Shown here piece by piece: positions 28,142 through 36,580 of a stretch of 64,000 nt of DNA (positions within the stretch are counted from its first letter, which is position 1; each line of letters starts with the position of its first letter). The position numbers and the translations under genes are program-made. Under the pieces are notes generated by a model that saw only the letters and a list, made by a program, of their open reading frames with translations, did not search any database and was not told the origin of the DNA. The stretch lies in IMG/VR virus record IMGVR_UViG_3300017763_003980. The stretch is one strand, 5' to 3'. This DNA is from a virus. Taxonomy: Duplodnaviria > Caudoviricetes.

Positions 28142-28966
28142 CTACTTTTTTGAGTTTAATGCTGCCCAGAGTTGGGACTTTATGGATTCATTAGTATCTT
28201 TATGTTTTTGTTTACGGGGAATGGTTTTTGTTTTATCTTTATGACCGCCTGCGGCACCACTTTTTCGTAGGTCATTCATATACTGAGCATTTGGATCTCT
28301 TGCTTTGATAGGTTTTTGTTTGTTCTTTTTATTTGCTGTTAATTTGTCAACAGCGCCACCAACTGCTTTGGCTGCTAATCCTCTAGCTGCCATACCTGCT
28401 ATTGCTGGTAATATTTCATCTAGCTCTTGTGATATTGCTTCAATTAAAGAATCTTGATCAAAATTTAACGATTCTTTTTGACCTTGTTGCGCCTTGTATT
28501 CATCTTTATAATCTTTAGATGTCTTAGGCTTTGGCTTGGCTGTAGGTACTTTTGGCTCTTTAGCTTTATCGTATTCGTCTTTAGCAGCCTTAAACGCTGG
28601 ACTTAGTTTATGAGGATCTTTATAGCCTGCTTTTGCTCCAGTTTTAAAAGAGCTGGCACCGGACTTGACTGCAGCTTTTGCCGCTTTAGCACCAGTTTTA
28701 ATAGTTTTCTTAAAATTATCGAACTTTTCGCCTTCATTAAGTTGAACGCCTGCTAGTTTAGCAAAATCACTTATACTATAATCTTTATCTACTGGCATAG
28801 TGCCTTCTGGAATATCAGAAACACTTTCTTCTAAATGATTTACTGTTAAATCTTCAGATCCAACGGATGCTTTTCCTGAAGCCATTTCAGTAAGCTTGCG
28901 TATATCTTCTGCAGGATCTGCAGGATCAATTTCAAATAGTTTTTGCTGGAGAGCATGATAGTCCAT
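28142..28966 (-). CDS. putative internal head protein (Lys/Ala-rich, modular)
   Basis: LAGVQLNE motif; basic segments separated by xxE sites. Confidence 0.55.
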   Translation of the reverse strand: MDYHALQQKLFEIDPADPAEDIRKLTEMASGKASVGSEDLTVNHLEESVSDIPEGTMPVDKDYSISDFAKLAGVQLNEGEKFDNFKKTIKTGAKAAKAAVKSGASSFKTGAKAGYKDPHKLSPAFKAAKDEYDKAKEPKVPTAKPKPKTSKDYKDEYKAQQGQKESLNFDQDSLIEAISQELDEILPAIAGMAARGLAAKAVGGAVDKLTANKKNKQKPIKARDPNAQYMNDLRKSGAAGGHKDKTKTIPRKQKHKDTNESIKSQLWAALNSKK

Positions 28967-29682
28967 TATCTCTTGCCTGAAGCTTTCGCGGCATGTACTG
29001 CTTTACGGTGTGCAGCTGATTTGAACTTTTTCTTACCTTCTAATTTTAAATGTAGTTCTTCTTTGTAAGATTCTTTCTTTTTTGATAACCGGTTCATAGC
29101 TTTTTTTGCTCTAGCCGCCTTGTCCATATGACCATGATAGAAATCTGACTTCATATCCCCAACCTCTTCAGGTGATTTTCCGCTTGTGTCTATTCCTGAC
29201 TTATCGAAATTTGCAAGGTCTGATTTTTTATATTGTTTCTTGAGCTTTCGCTTCATCATCACTTTACCGGCACCTTTAAATGGACCTTCGTTAGTTGATT
29301 CATTAGTTGCATTGCAATTACAATGCTTGCATGTCGGAGGACATCCACAGTCTTCTGCTTTAACATCTGCGCCACAGCATTTGTCTGAACAGTGTGTGTC
29401 TTTTTTTGCTTCGCCTACTACAACAGCTTCGTCTGCTAGTCCACTTTCCTCATAGTCCATATGATGATAAACACTACCGAGCATGTCTGCTGCTTTGGTA
29501 ATTTTGGATTGTACCCAACCTTCTAAGCCTTCTGCTTCACTTACACCTTTGAGCATGTCATGTAGCTTAATTGCATATTTGGCAGACTTATAAAGGTCAG
29601 CACGAGCCATTTGTACTTCGTGATCACGTTCGGCAATATCTGCTAATTCGCCTAATCCTTCAGTAATCTCTTTTTCTCTCAT
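28966..29682 (-). CDS. putative internal head protein (modular, with a Cys-rich segment)
   Basis: N-terminus MREKEITE; CSDKCC...CGCPPTCKHCNC; Lys-rich C-terminus. Confidence 0.55.
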   Translation of the reverse strand: MREKEITEGLGELADIAERDHEVQMARADLYKSAKYAIKLHDMLKGVSEAEGLEGWVQSKITKAADMLGSVYHHMDYEESGLADEAVVVGEAKKDTHCSDKCCGADVKAEDCGCPPTCKHCNCNATNESTNEGPFKGAGKVMMKRKLKKQYKKSDLANFDKSGIDTSGKSPEEVGDMKSDFYHGHMDKAARAKKAMNRLSKKKESYKEELHLKLEGKKKFKSAAHRKAVHAAKASGKR

Positions 29683-29707
29683 CTTACAGTTCCCGTTATT
29701 CTATATG

Positions 29708-29714
29708 TATTTAT
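29708..29714 (-). promoter_or_regulatory. T4-type late promoter
   Basis: ATAAATA. Confidence 0.6.
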
Positions 29715-29920
29715 CGTTTAATAGCTTTGCCGCCCATAACGTTGGCCTTCATATCTAGTGCGTTTTTAGCAGTTCCGTCTGCTTTAGTAGCTTGGGGAGC
29801 CTTAGGTGCACCGTACTTACCTTTTTTAGTTTTAACAGTTGGATTTGCTACTACTGCCATACTACTTGCGTTAGTGCCGCCTGCTGTTGCTTCTTCGTCT
29901 AATATTTCGTACATTTTCAT
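29711..29920 (-). CDS. putative small internal head protein
   Basis: MKMYEILDEEATAGG then Lys/Ala-rich; ATAAATA at 29926-29932, 5 nt before the ATG. Confidence 0.6.
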   Translation of the reverse strand: MKMYEILDEEATAGGTNASSMAVVANPTVKTKKGKYGAPKAPQATKADGTAKNALDMKANVMGGKAIKR

Positions 29921-29937
29921 AATAATATTTATCCTTA

Positions 29938-30228
29938 TTATTTTCTTTTGCCACGAAATCTACGTACATGACCTGTGTAGAATATCATAGTATACCAAGG
30001 ATTGTGCCTATACATTTTACGAGTATATTCCCAAGCTACATTATCTTGGTCTACCCATACTACATGATAACCTCTCCATCTACGTGAAGGATACCATTCA
30101 ATACTACCGCCGTCTTTAATTAATTTTTCTAGTGTCCAAAAGTAACAGTTGTTCTTGCTAGTAAATAGTCTCATAGGCCAAAACCAAAAAAAGACTGCCA
30201 TAAGCAGTCCTGTGTTTAGTAACTTCAT
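29938..30228 (-). CDS. hypothetical protein
   Basis: 96 aa, aromatic-rich, hydrophobic N-terminus. Confidence 0.6.
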   Translation of the reverse strand: MKLLNTGLLMAVFFWFWPMRLFTSKNNCYFWTLEKLIKDGGSIEWYPSRRWRGYHVVWVDQDNVAWEYTRKMYRHNPWYTMIFYTGHVRRFRGKRK

Positions 30229-30956
30229 GATAAAAATTTATTCTCTTTAAGATACTGATATATCTTAAAATGTCCTTCTCTATTTGGATGGTGTCCATCT
30301 GGCCACATTATAGACTCTTTAGTATATAGTTCCCATAAATTATTTTGTGCATATATTCTTTTTACAGCTTTTTTGTTTGTGTTGTGTTTACTGATAGTAC
30401 TAAGATGATGTACAAACATTACATCGTGTTGCTTACTATTAGGTACAAGTAATTCTAATATACTAGGTATTGCTATTTTAAGTTGTGTGTCTTTTAGTAA
30501 ATCACTTGTTACTTTAGATAATCCTCCTATTAAATATACCTGACCAAGTATTTTATTGTTTATACGAGATATATCAGCAATAAATTCACGTAAATTATTG
30601 TTATGCATCTCAACATAATCTTGGTACGAGTAAGCTTTATCCCATATTTTGCCTCTCTCAATATTACGAAGAGTATCGGTTACTATAATAAAGGTTGCAT
30701 CATATGGTTTATATGGTTTAGAATCATCTTCAACTTCTTTATCTAGTAAGTGTTTCTTTCCTTGCATTCTTATTTGATAATGTATAGTTTTGAGACTAGC
30801 CCCAGGTACAGAAACATTTTTTACCTCATGATTATCTTGTGTTAGATATTCTTCTAAACCTTTATGGGCAACAGCATCATGTCTTCCTTCTAATAGACGA
30901 TTATATTCTTTCCATTCGCCGCAGCCCCAACTATCCCCTGCTAACAATATTCTCAT
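30225..30956 (-). CDS. SGNH/GDSL hydrolase-like protein
   Basis: N-terminal AGDSW, NVSVPGAS, C-terminal DGHHP (DxxHP). Confidence 0.7.
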   Translation of the reverse strand: MRILLAGDSWGCGEWKEYNRLLEGRHDAVAHKGLEEYLTQDNHEVKNVSVPGASLKTIHYQIRMQGKKHLLDKEVEDDSKPYKPYDATFIIVTDTLRNIERGKIWDKAYSYQDYVEMHNNNLREFIADISRINNKILGQVYLIGGLSKVTSDLLKDTQLKIAIPSILELLVPNSKQHDVMFVHHLSTISKHNTNKKAVKRIYAQNNLWELYTKESIMWPDGHHPNREGHFKIYQYLKENKFLS

Positions 30957-30967
30957 ACTAGTAATTA

Positions 30968-32941
30968 TTATTTTTTAGAACGACCGCTCTTCATGTTGGC
31001 ACACCAGTGATACATTTTACGCTTTTCACCACTTGCGCCTTTGGCACGTTTGCGTAGATCAGTTACTGAGCCTTTACAACTAGCACCAGACTTTTTAACT
31101 CTACCTGGACGACTTTTGCCTTTTTTCTTACCGTCAGCAAAGTTTTCAGTCATGCCTAGTTCTGCTCTTTTAATCCAATCACGTTCGTATTCTACTGGAA
31201 TAAAGTCTTCGAGTTCTTCGTCTTTATATTCTGAACCCATCCAATCAAATACCATAGCAGGATCAAACTGCATTTTTTCACTTGCTTTGTAGTATGCTAC
31301 GTAAGGATCTAAGCCGTTTTTAATTAACTTCATAGCAAGTAATCTAATGTCTAGATATTCATCTTCAATGTCTGTAAATGCACGACTTGTCTTGCCTGTA
31401 GTATTAGTTTGTTGATACTTGTCAATTGCTTTACTAGTATCCTTGCTCATATTGCCTAATGCAACCGCTGTGTCTTTAGACATGCCAACAGGACTGTTTT
31501 CTTTTAGCTCTGGATGATATTTCCAGTGAACATTTTTTGCATCTTTACTAACTGACTTACCGTCAACTTGAACTTCAATAGGATATTTCTTTTTAGGATC
31601 ATTATACCAATAGTACGAATCATAACTGCCATCAGCATTACTACGTATAACAAGTCCTCTTGTATATTCGTCATCGTCTGCTTGCAAAACTATATTTTTA
31701 CCATTTGGTAATTTTAAATCTGCATCAAATTTAACTTTTTTTATATCACCACTATGTGCATCTTCGTCTACGTGTGCATCATCACCCTTACTACCGGCGT
31801 CTTGTGTTTTGTAGCCTGCTTTTTTAAGGCCTTTCTTAAGGTGTTTCTTTTCTTTTTCGCCACCGAAAGGAACAACCATTACATCAGGTTCATCTCTGTT
31901 GTCGCTCTTTTTTGCGTTAGATAGATTAGAAATTGTTTTGCCTACACGTAGAAAATCGTATGCTGTGTCAGCTTTTGTAAGAAAAGTATTTTTTGGGTTT
32001 TTAAAATGATGTGCTTCAAAAACTTCTAGTATTTGTTCTAGTGTATAAGGTAACCTAGCAACATCTGCTTCTTTAATACCCAGCATTTGTAGTGCAGTAT
32101 ATCTATGATGTCCGTTAACAATTCTATTTTTGCTATCAACTATAATTGGATTGTACTCGCCTGCAACAATATTGTCTACTTGCTTTTTAAAGTTTTCTAC
32201 TATACGTTCCTCTTGTACTGGTATAAGTTTTTTTACGTTTACTGTTTCAAGAGTATGTTTGATATTTTCAAGTTGCTTGTTTTTAATTTGTGGTAGTTCA
32301 TTGCGATTGTAATTTGCTTTAAGTTTTTTTGTTTTCTTTTTAGGTTTTTTATCTAATGATAGCTTTTTTACATTCATGTATTCGCCACCAACAGGTACAT
32401 CCTTTGTTGCATTTTGTTTTGTTACAATGCCAACACCGTATTCTTCAATACTGTCTTTTACTTTATTTTTTACATTTTTAGCTTTACCACGTCTGTCCGG
32501 ATTAGGATCATTCTTTCTTTTTCTTTTCACAGCGTTACTTATAGCTTTTTTACCACCACTTGATCTAAGACTTGCTGCCTTAGACTTGCTTAAACATTTT
32601 GGTTTGCCTTCACCTGGTTTAGAATCTCCGCATTTTCCAATGCGTTCGCCTTTTGAATTGTAACGATCCCACCCGCCGCCGCCAGCGCCGCCTTTTTTAC
32701 CTTTGCCAAACCATGCACGTAGATCTTCTTTTACTAGGATTCCATCGTTGTCCACTGTATGACCATCAGGAATTGGTTTGCATTTTTGATCTGTATTACA
32801 AAAGTATTCGCCTTCTTTGCATTGTGCTTCTGCTTCATTCTTTACACAATTAGGCACACGTTTGCCAAACATGGTTTTCATGCCCTTTTTCTTGTAGCCC
32901 TTCCAGCAACGTGTTCCTTCTTTAAAATCGTCGAACTTCAT
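30968..32941 (-). CDS. modular Lys-rich putative internal head polyprotein with a ParB/Srx-like domain
   Basis: 657 aa; short basic or Cys-paired modules separated by xxE; PIIVDSKNRIVNGHHRYTAL is ParB-like. Confidence 0.6.
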   Translation of the reverse strand: MKFDDFKEGTRCWKGYKKKGMKTMFGKRVPNCVKNEAEAQCKEGEYFCNTDQKCKPIPDGHTVDNDGILVKEDLRAWFGKGKKGGAGGGGWDRYNSKGERIGKCGDSKPGEGKPKCLSKSKAASLRSSGGKKAISNAVKRKRKNDPNPDRRGKAKNVKNKVKDSIEEYGVGIVTKQNATKDVPVGGEYMNVKKLSLDKKPKKKTKKLKANYNRNELPQIKNKQLENIKHTLETVNVKKLIPVQEERIVENFKKQVDNIVAGEYNPIIVDSKNRIVNGHHRYTALQMLGIKEADVARLPYTLEQILEVFEAHHFKNPKNTFLTKADTAYDFLRVGKTISNLSNAKKSDNRDEPDVMVVPFGGEKEKKHLKKGLKKAGYKTQDAGSKGDDAHVDEDAHSGDIKKVKFDADLKLPNGKNIVLQADDDEYTRGLVIRSNADGSYDSYYWYNDPKKKYPIEVQVDGKSVSKDAKNVHWKYHPELKENSPVGMSKDTAVALGNMSKDTSKAIDKYQQTNTTGKTSRAFTDIEDEYLDIRLLAMKLIKNGLDPYVAYYKASEKMQFDPAMVFDWMGSEYKDEELEDFIPVEYERDWIKRAELGMTENFADGKKKGKSRPGRVKKSGASCKGSVTDLRKRAKGASGEKRKMYHWCANMKSGRSKK

Positions 32942-33132
32942 TTTTTTGACTTATTGCCCCAATTCTTTGCGCCTACTTTTCGACAGCGTACTAATGCTCC
33001 ACTTGCATATGCACTTGGCCAAACTTTGTAGCGACTTTTAACTTTGTTATAGCAAGCATCTTTTTCACCTGCAGCTTCGTCAAATTCTGCTTCTGTCATA
33101 AGTTGTTGTTCTGTTACTTCATTTACTTTCAT
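32938..33132 (-). CDS. putative small internal head protein
   Basis: MKVNEVTE...DEA then CYNKVKSRYKVWPSAYASGALVRCRK. Confidence 0.65.
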   Translation of the reverse strand: MKVNEVTEQQLMTEAEFDEAAGEKDACYNKVKSRYKVWPSAYASGALVRCRKVGAKNWGNKSKK

Positions 33133-33133
33133 T

Positions 33134-33379
33134 TCACCACACCTTCTTAATATGATATTCTATTGGTTTCAAAAATTTTAATTCGTTTCTATTATTATCT
33201 AAATCTTTAAAAATAATGTGCTTTGGTGTTACCTTTACAAGTTTCTTTGCTTTGTATTTAACCTGTTTAGTAGATTCAGTTCTAGTTCCGTCAGCATGAA
33301 CCAATGTATCATTAGATACTGTTAAAATTAGTTCGTATTCTTCTTTAGTAACTCTTTGCCACCAAGTTTTTAAGCTCAT
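33134..33379 (-). CDS. hypothetical protein
   Basis: 81-aa ORF, coupled to its neighbours. Confidence 0.6.
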   Translation of the reverse strand: MSLKTWWQRVTKEEYELILTVSNDTLVHADGTRTESTKQVKYKAKKLVKVTPKHIIFKDLDNNRNELKFLKPIEYHIKKVW

Positions 33380-33585
33380 TACTTCCTTCCTCTAAAAGTT
33401 GCTCCTGTCATATAAGGTTTACTAAACCAAAGCTCAAACCATTCCTTATCTCCAGGCTTTATATTGTTTTTCTTTTCCTTCTTCTTTAGCTCGTTAGCAG
33501 TTTTGCTCATGTTTTCTAGTGTATATTCTGTATAGCCTTTGTATTCATTTACACCTGCTAGCTCTTTAAGTCGTTCGATATTCAT
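33379..33585 (-). CDS. putative small internal head protein
   Basis: MNIERLKELAGVNE; NIKPGDKEWFELWF. Confidence 0.6.
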   Translation of the reverse strand: MNIERLKELAGVNEYKGYTEYTLENMSKTANELKKKEKKNNIKPGDKEWFELWFSKPYMTGATFRGRK

Positions 33586-34598
33586 TTTTTCTTCTTTAAA
33601 CGTTTTCTAAGTTTATCACTTATATCTGCTGGATGATCTGGATTGTCTTTGTCTAATGAGTAATATCCTGGTCCCCTAAGTCCCTTTAATACACGCCCAA
33701 TACCTTCTTGAATATCTTCATCGCTAATAGTGTAGTATCTATTATTACGTGTTTTAATTTTCTTACCACTTAGTTGTTTTAGTATGTAGCTTAACTTTTC
33801 TACATCATCCTCTTCACGAGCAAAACGTTCTATTTCTTGTTGTAAGTGATTAACTAACGCACTTTTGTCTAAAACAAGATCGCCTTCGTTAACATTATCT
33901 TCTTTAGCAAGTTTTGTTGCTGTTGCATACATTACTGCATCCGCATCTTTGCCATAACGCTTTTTGAATCCGCCTTTAGCTTTCTTCATTCCTTTGACAA
34001 TACGTTCTTTTTCTTTTTCTTCGCCTTTACTAAGTTCACGCTCGGTAAGTCCCATACCCTTACGTACTGCGTCATATAATGCATTAGCTAATGACTGATC
34101 GACTACACCCTGTTTAAATGTATCAAAGTCATCTGACATCGCAGACGCCCGCATTTTGCTAGCACTCATACCTTCAGCACCATCTGCGTCAGGATCACGT
34201 TCGCCTGCACTAACAACACTAATATTATTAAAGTTATAGTCCTTGCCGTTGTATTTGGTAATAAGATTTTTAAAGTCTTCAACTCTATCACTACCTGCTA
34301 CATATGTAATACTTGTGTAGCCCATTGATTCTAGCTTTTGTAGTGCTTTTATAATTGTGTTTACTTCACTATCTCCAACAGTTACATTAGGAAAAAACTT
34401 TGTTGCAAATTTTAATTTAGTTTGAAAATCTAAAGGATCTGTTTTAGGTTTTTGTGTGTGGGTTATAAAAAGGAAAGGATCGCCAGGCTGAGATGCTACA
34501 ACGTCAACAAGTTTTTTATGTCCAATAGTAGGAGGATTCATTCTTCCGAATGCTAGTGATGCAGCTTTTTCAGCTTCGTATAATTCCCTGAGTAGCAT
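33582..34598 (-). CDS. cytidyltransferase-like nucleotidyltransferase with C-terminal basic modules
   Basis: FGRMNPPTIGH (HxGH-type), VAGSDR, VSAGERDPD, MSASKMR. Confidence 0.8.
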   Translation of the reverse strand: MLLRELYEAEKAASLAFGRMNPPTIGHKKLVDVVASQPGDPFLFITHTQKPKTDPLDFQTKLKFATKFFPNVTVGDSEVNTIIKALQKLESMGYTSITYVAGSDRVEDFKNLITKYNGKDYNFNNISVVSAGERDPDADGAEGMSASKMRASAMSDDFDTFKQGVVDQSLANALYDAVRKGMGLTERELSKGEEKEKERIVKGMKKAKGGFKKRYGKDADAVMYATATKLAKEDNVNEGDLVLDKSALVNHLQQEIERFAREEDDVEKLSYILKQLSGKKIKTRNNRYYTISDEDIQEGIGRVLKGLRGPGYYSLDKDNPDHPADISDKLRKRLKKKK

Positions 34599-34928
34599 TT
34601 AGTATGCTCCGCATTCAATCATTTTCATTTCTTCGCCATATACCTTGTTAATGCACTCATCTCGGTCTTCTAGCTTAAAAATTTTTTCTCTTTTACCTAG
34701 TTTAAATTTATTGCAATATAACTCCATAGCTTCGTCAACTATAGGTCCTAATAACTTTTGTGGTGCAATACTTTGTTGCCTACCATAAGCATCTTTCATT
34801 TGCATAATGCAAGGAAACATTTTCTTTCTATAAAACATAGGATCATTACGCATAAAGATAGAAAGATCGTCTACCACATCAAATGGCATACGAGCTTCTT
34901 CTGGTTTTGTAAACTCGTCTATACGCAT
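34599..34928 (-). CDS. hypothetical protein
   Basis: 109 aa, N-terminus MRIDEF. Confidence 0.65.
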   Translation of the reverse strand: MRIDEFTKPEEARMPFDVVDDLSIFMRNDPMFYRKKMFPCIMQMKDAYGRQQSIAPQKLLGPIVDEAMELYCNKFKLGKREKIFKLEDRDECINKVYGEEMKMIECGAY

Positions 34929-34929
34929 T

Positions 34930-35523
34930 TTACCACTTCCTACATGACCAGTAACGTGCCTTAGTGCGTGGACCTGGATTGTCGCAGTTATGTCTTGCTC
35001 TAAAACTTCTACGTGCTTTAGGATTATTTTTTCTAATACGCATGGACTTGCCTTTTACACTTGATCCACCATGGCCAAAGTTAACTTTTTTAACATTACC
35101 AGTCTTTGGATCCTTAACGTAAACTTTAAACTTTTTTACGTCACCGGCCATTGGCTTTCCCAATTTTACTTTACGTCCTTGATACTCTGCTTCGTCCATT
35201 GGATCGTCATCTTCGTTATACCAAAGCATACCATATTCTTCATAAAACTCGTCATCGTCATCATAAGTTTCTTCGTCAATTGGGTCTGTCATATCTGTAC
35301 TAATTTCGATATCAAAGTCTTCGAAGCCTGATTCAAACATATAGTTTGCTAAACGATTAGCATACTCTGTTGCTTCATCTTCGTCAAGTAATCTGTCTAA
35401 AGGTATTTCAATTACTGTTGCACCTTGCTCTGATTCATACACCTCGTTATTAGGAAGTATAGACTCGTCTAGCTTAGTTATACTCTCGTCTTTTTCCATT
35501 ACTATTCTTACAAAGTGTTCCAT
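34930..35523 (-). CDS. two-module protein: acidic N-terminal domain and basic C-terminal module
   Basis: Acidic region, then DEAE|YQGRKVKLGKP...RARHNC...YWSC. Confidence 0.65.
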   Translation of the reverse strand: MEHFVRIVMEKDESITKLDESILPNNEVYESEQGATVIEIPLDRLLDEDEATEYANRLANYMFESGFEDFDIEISTDMTDPIDEETYDDDDEFYEEYGMLWYNEDDDPMDEAEYQGRKVKLGKPMAGDVKKFKVYVKDPKTGNVKKVNFGHGGSSVKGKSMRIRKNNPKARRSFRARHNCDNPGPRTKARYWSCRKW

Positions 35524-35532
35524 ATTATTTCC

Positions 35533-35874
35533 TCAATGATTCATTACTATTGAATTTACAGTTCCGTCAGTATATGTTATTTGGGCTTTTAGCCATACAT
35601 AATTTCCGGTAAAATTACTAATAGTACTTCCTGTACTATTTGATAGTGTTATACTGTCAACTTGAAACCAATCACCGTCTACAGGTGTAGTAGTTAATGT
35701 AGCTTCTATTTTCATTGTTCCAGTAAATCCAGTATAATTATATTGGACAGTATGCAAGCCGTCGCTACGACCGTAATATCCGTCTCCTTTGAAATGAGAG
35801 CTTTCTACTGCTACAGAAGTACTATCTCCTGGGTGGGTGTTTGCTGATAAAATTATTTCACTATTACTGCTCAT
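35533..35874 (-). CDS. hypothetical, probably virion, beta-rich protein
   Basis: Start refined to the ATG at 35874, 5 nt after the late promoter ATAAATA (35880-35886). Confidence 0.65.
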   Translation of the reverse strand: MSSNSEIILSANTHPGDSTSVAVESSHFKGDGYYGRSDGLHTVQYNYTGFTGTMKIEATLTTTPVDGDWFQVDSITLSNSTGSTISNFTGNYVWLKAQITYTDGTVNSIVMNH

Positions 35875-35878
35875 ATAA

Positions 35879-36580
35879 CTATTTATCAATAGTTGGAGGC
35901 ATATGTAATAATTTGTATACACCGCGTATAGCATGTCCTATTAACATATGTACAATTGATAGCACCTTTTCATCACGTACATGTAAGTAAAACCCTCCCA
36001 TATGTAGATTATCGTCAATACATTGCAATGCTTTATCACCTATCCTAGACTTATCTCTATTTGCACGTAACCAATTAGCAAAGTCAGGTGATATCTTTTC
36101 ATCTTTAAGCATTATTCGAAATGGAAACTCTGGAGGGCGATCAACTATAATCGTATCATGTTCTAATAAATGTTTTCCTCTAGAATTTGGTTTCCATATA
36201 TTTTCTAAAGTATATTGAATACGATTAGTAATGTTATCCAATAAATTATCATCGTTAGTATAGATAGATAAACTAGTTCCGGTTTCGACTCTAACTTTAA
36301 AATTTCCGTTTTGATTCTTTAATATTAAGTATAAGTTCTTAGCATCTAAGTAATGATTCATAGGTACTTCACGTTCTGTTCTAAAGAATGTTTGTACTAA
36401 TGGCTGACCATTACGATAGTTACTAGCAAATTCGTCTAGCTTATCTCTTGTATAAGAAAGATTTTTACTTTTTTGAAGTTCGGCTCTAAAAATATGATTA
36501 AGTTCATTATTTAAGGATATTTTATAAAGATACTTTTTATAAAAAAGTTTTTTTGTTTCATGCAGATTCGGTGATTTCAT
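35879..36580 (-). CDS. hypothetical protein
   Basis: 233-aa ORF overlapping the clpA end. Confidence 0.7.
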   Translation of the reverse strand: MKSPNLHETKKLFYKKYLYKISLNNELNHIFRAELQKSKNLSYTRDKLDEFASNYRNGQPLVQTFFRTEREVPMNHYLDAKNLYLILKNQNGNFKVRVETGTSLSIYTNDDNLLDNITNRIQYTLENIWKPNSRGKHLLEHDTIIVDRPPEFPFRIMLKDEKISPDFANWLRANRDKSRIGDKALQCIDDNLHMGGFYLHVRDEKVLSIVHMLIGHAIRGVYKLLHMPPTIDK

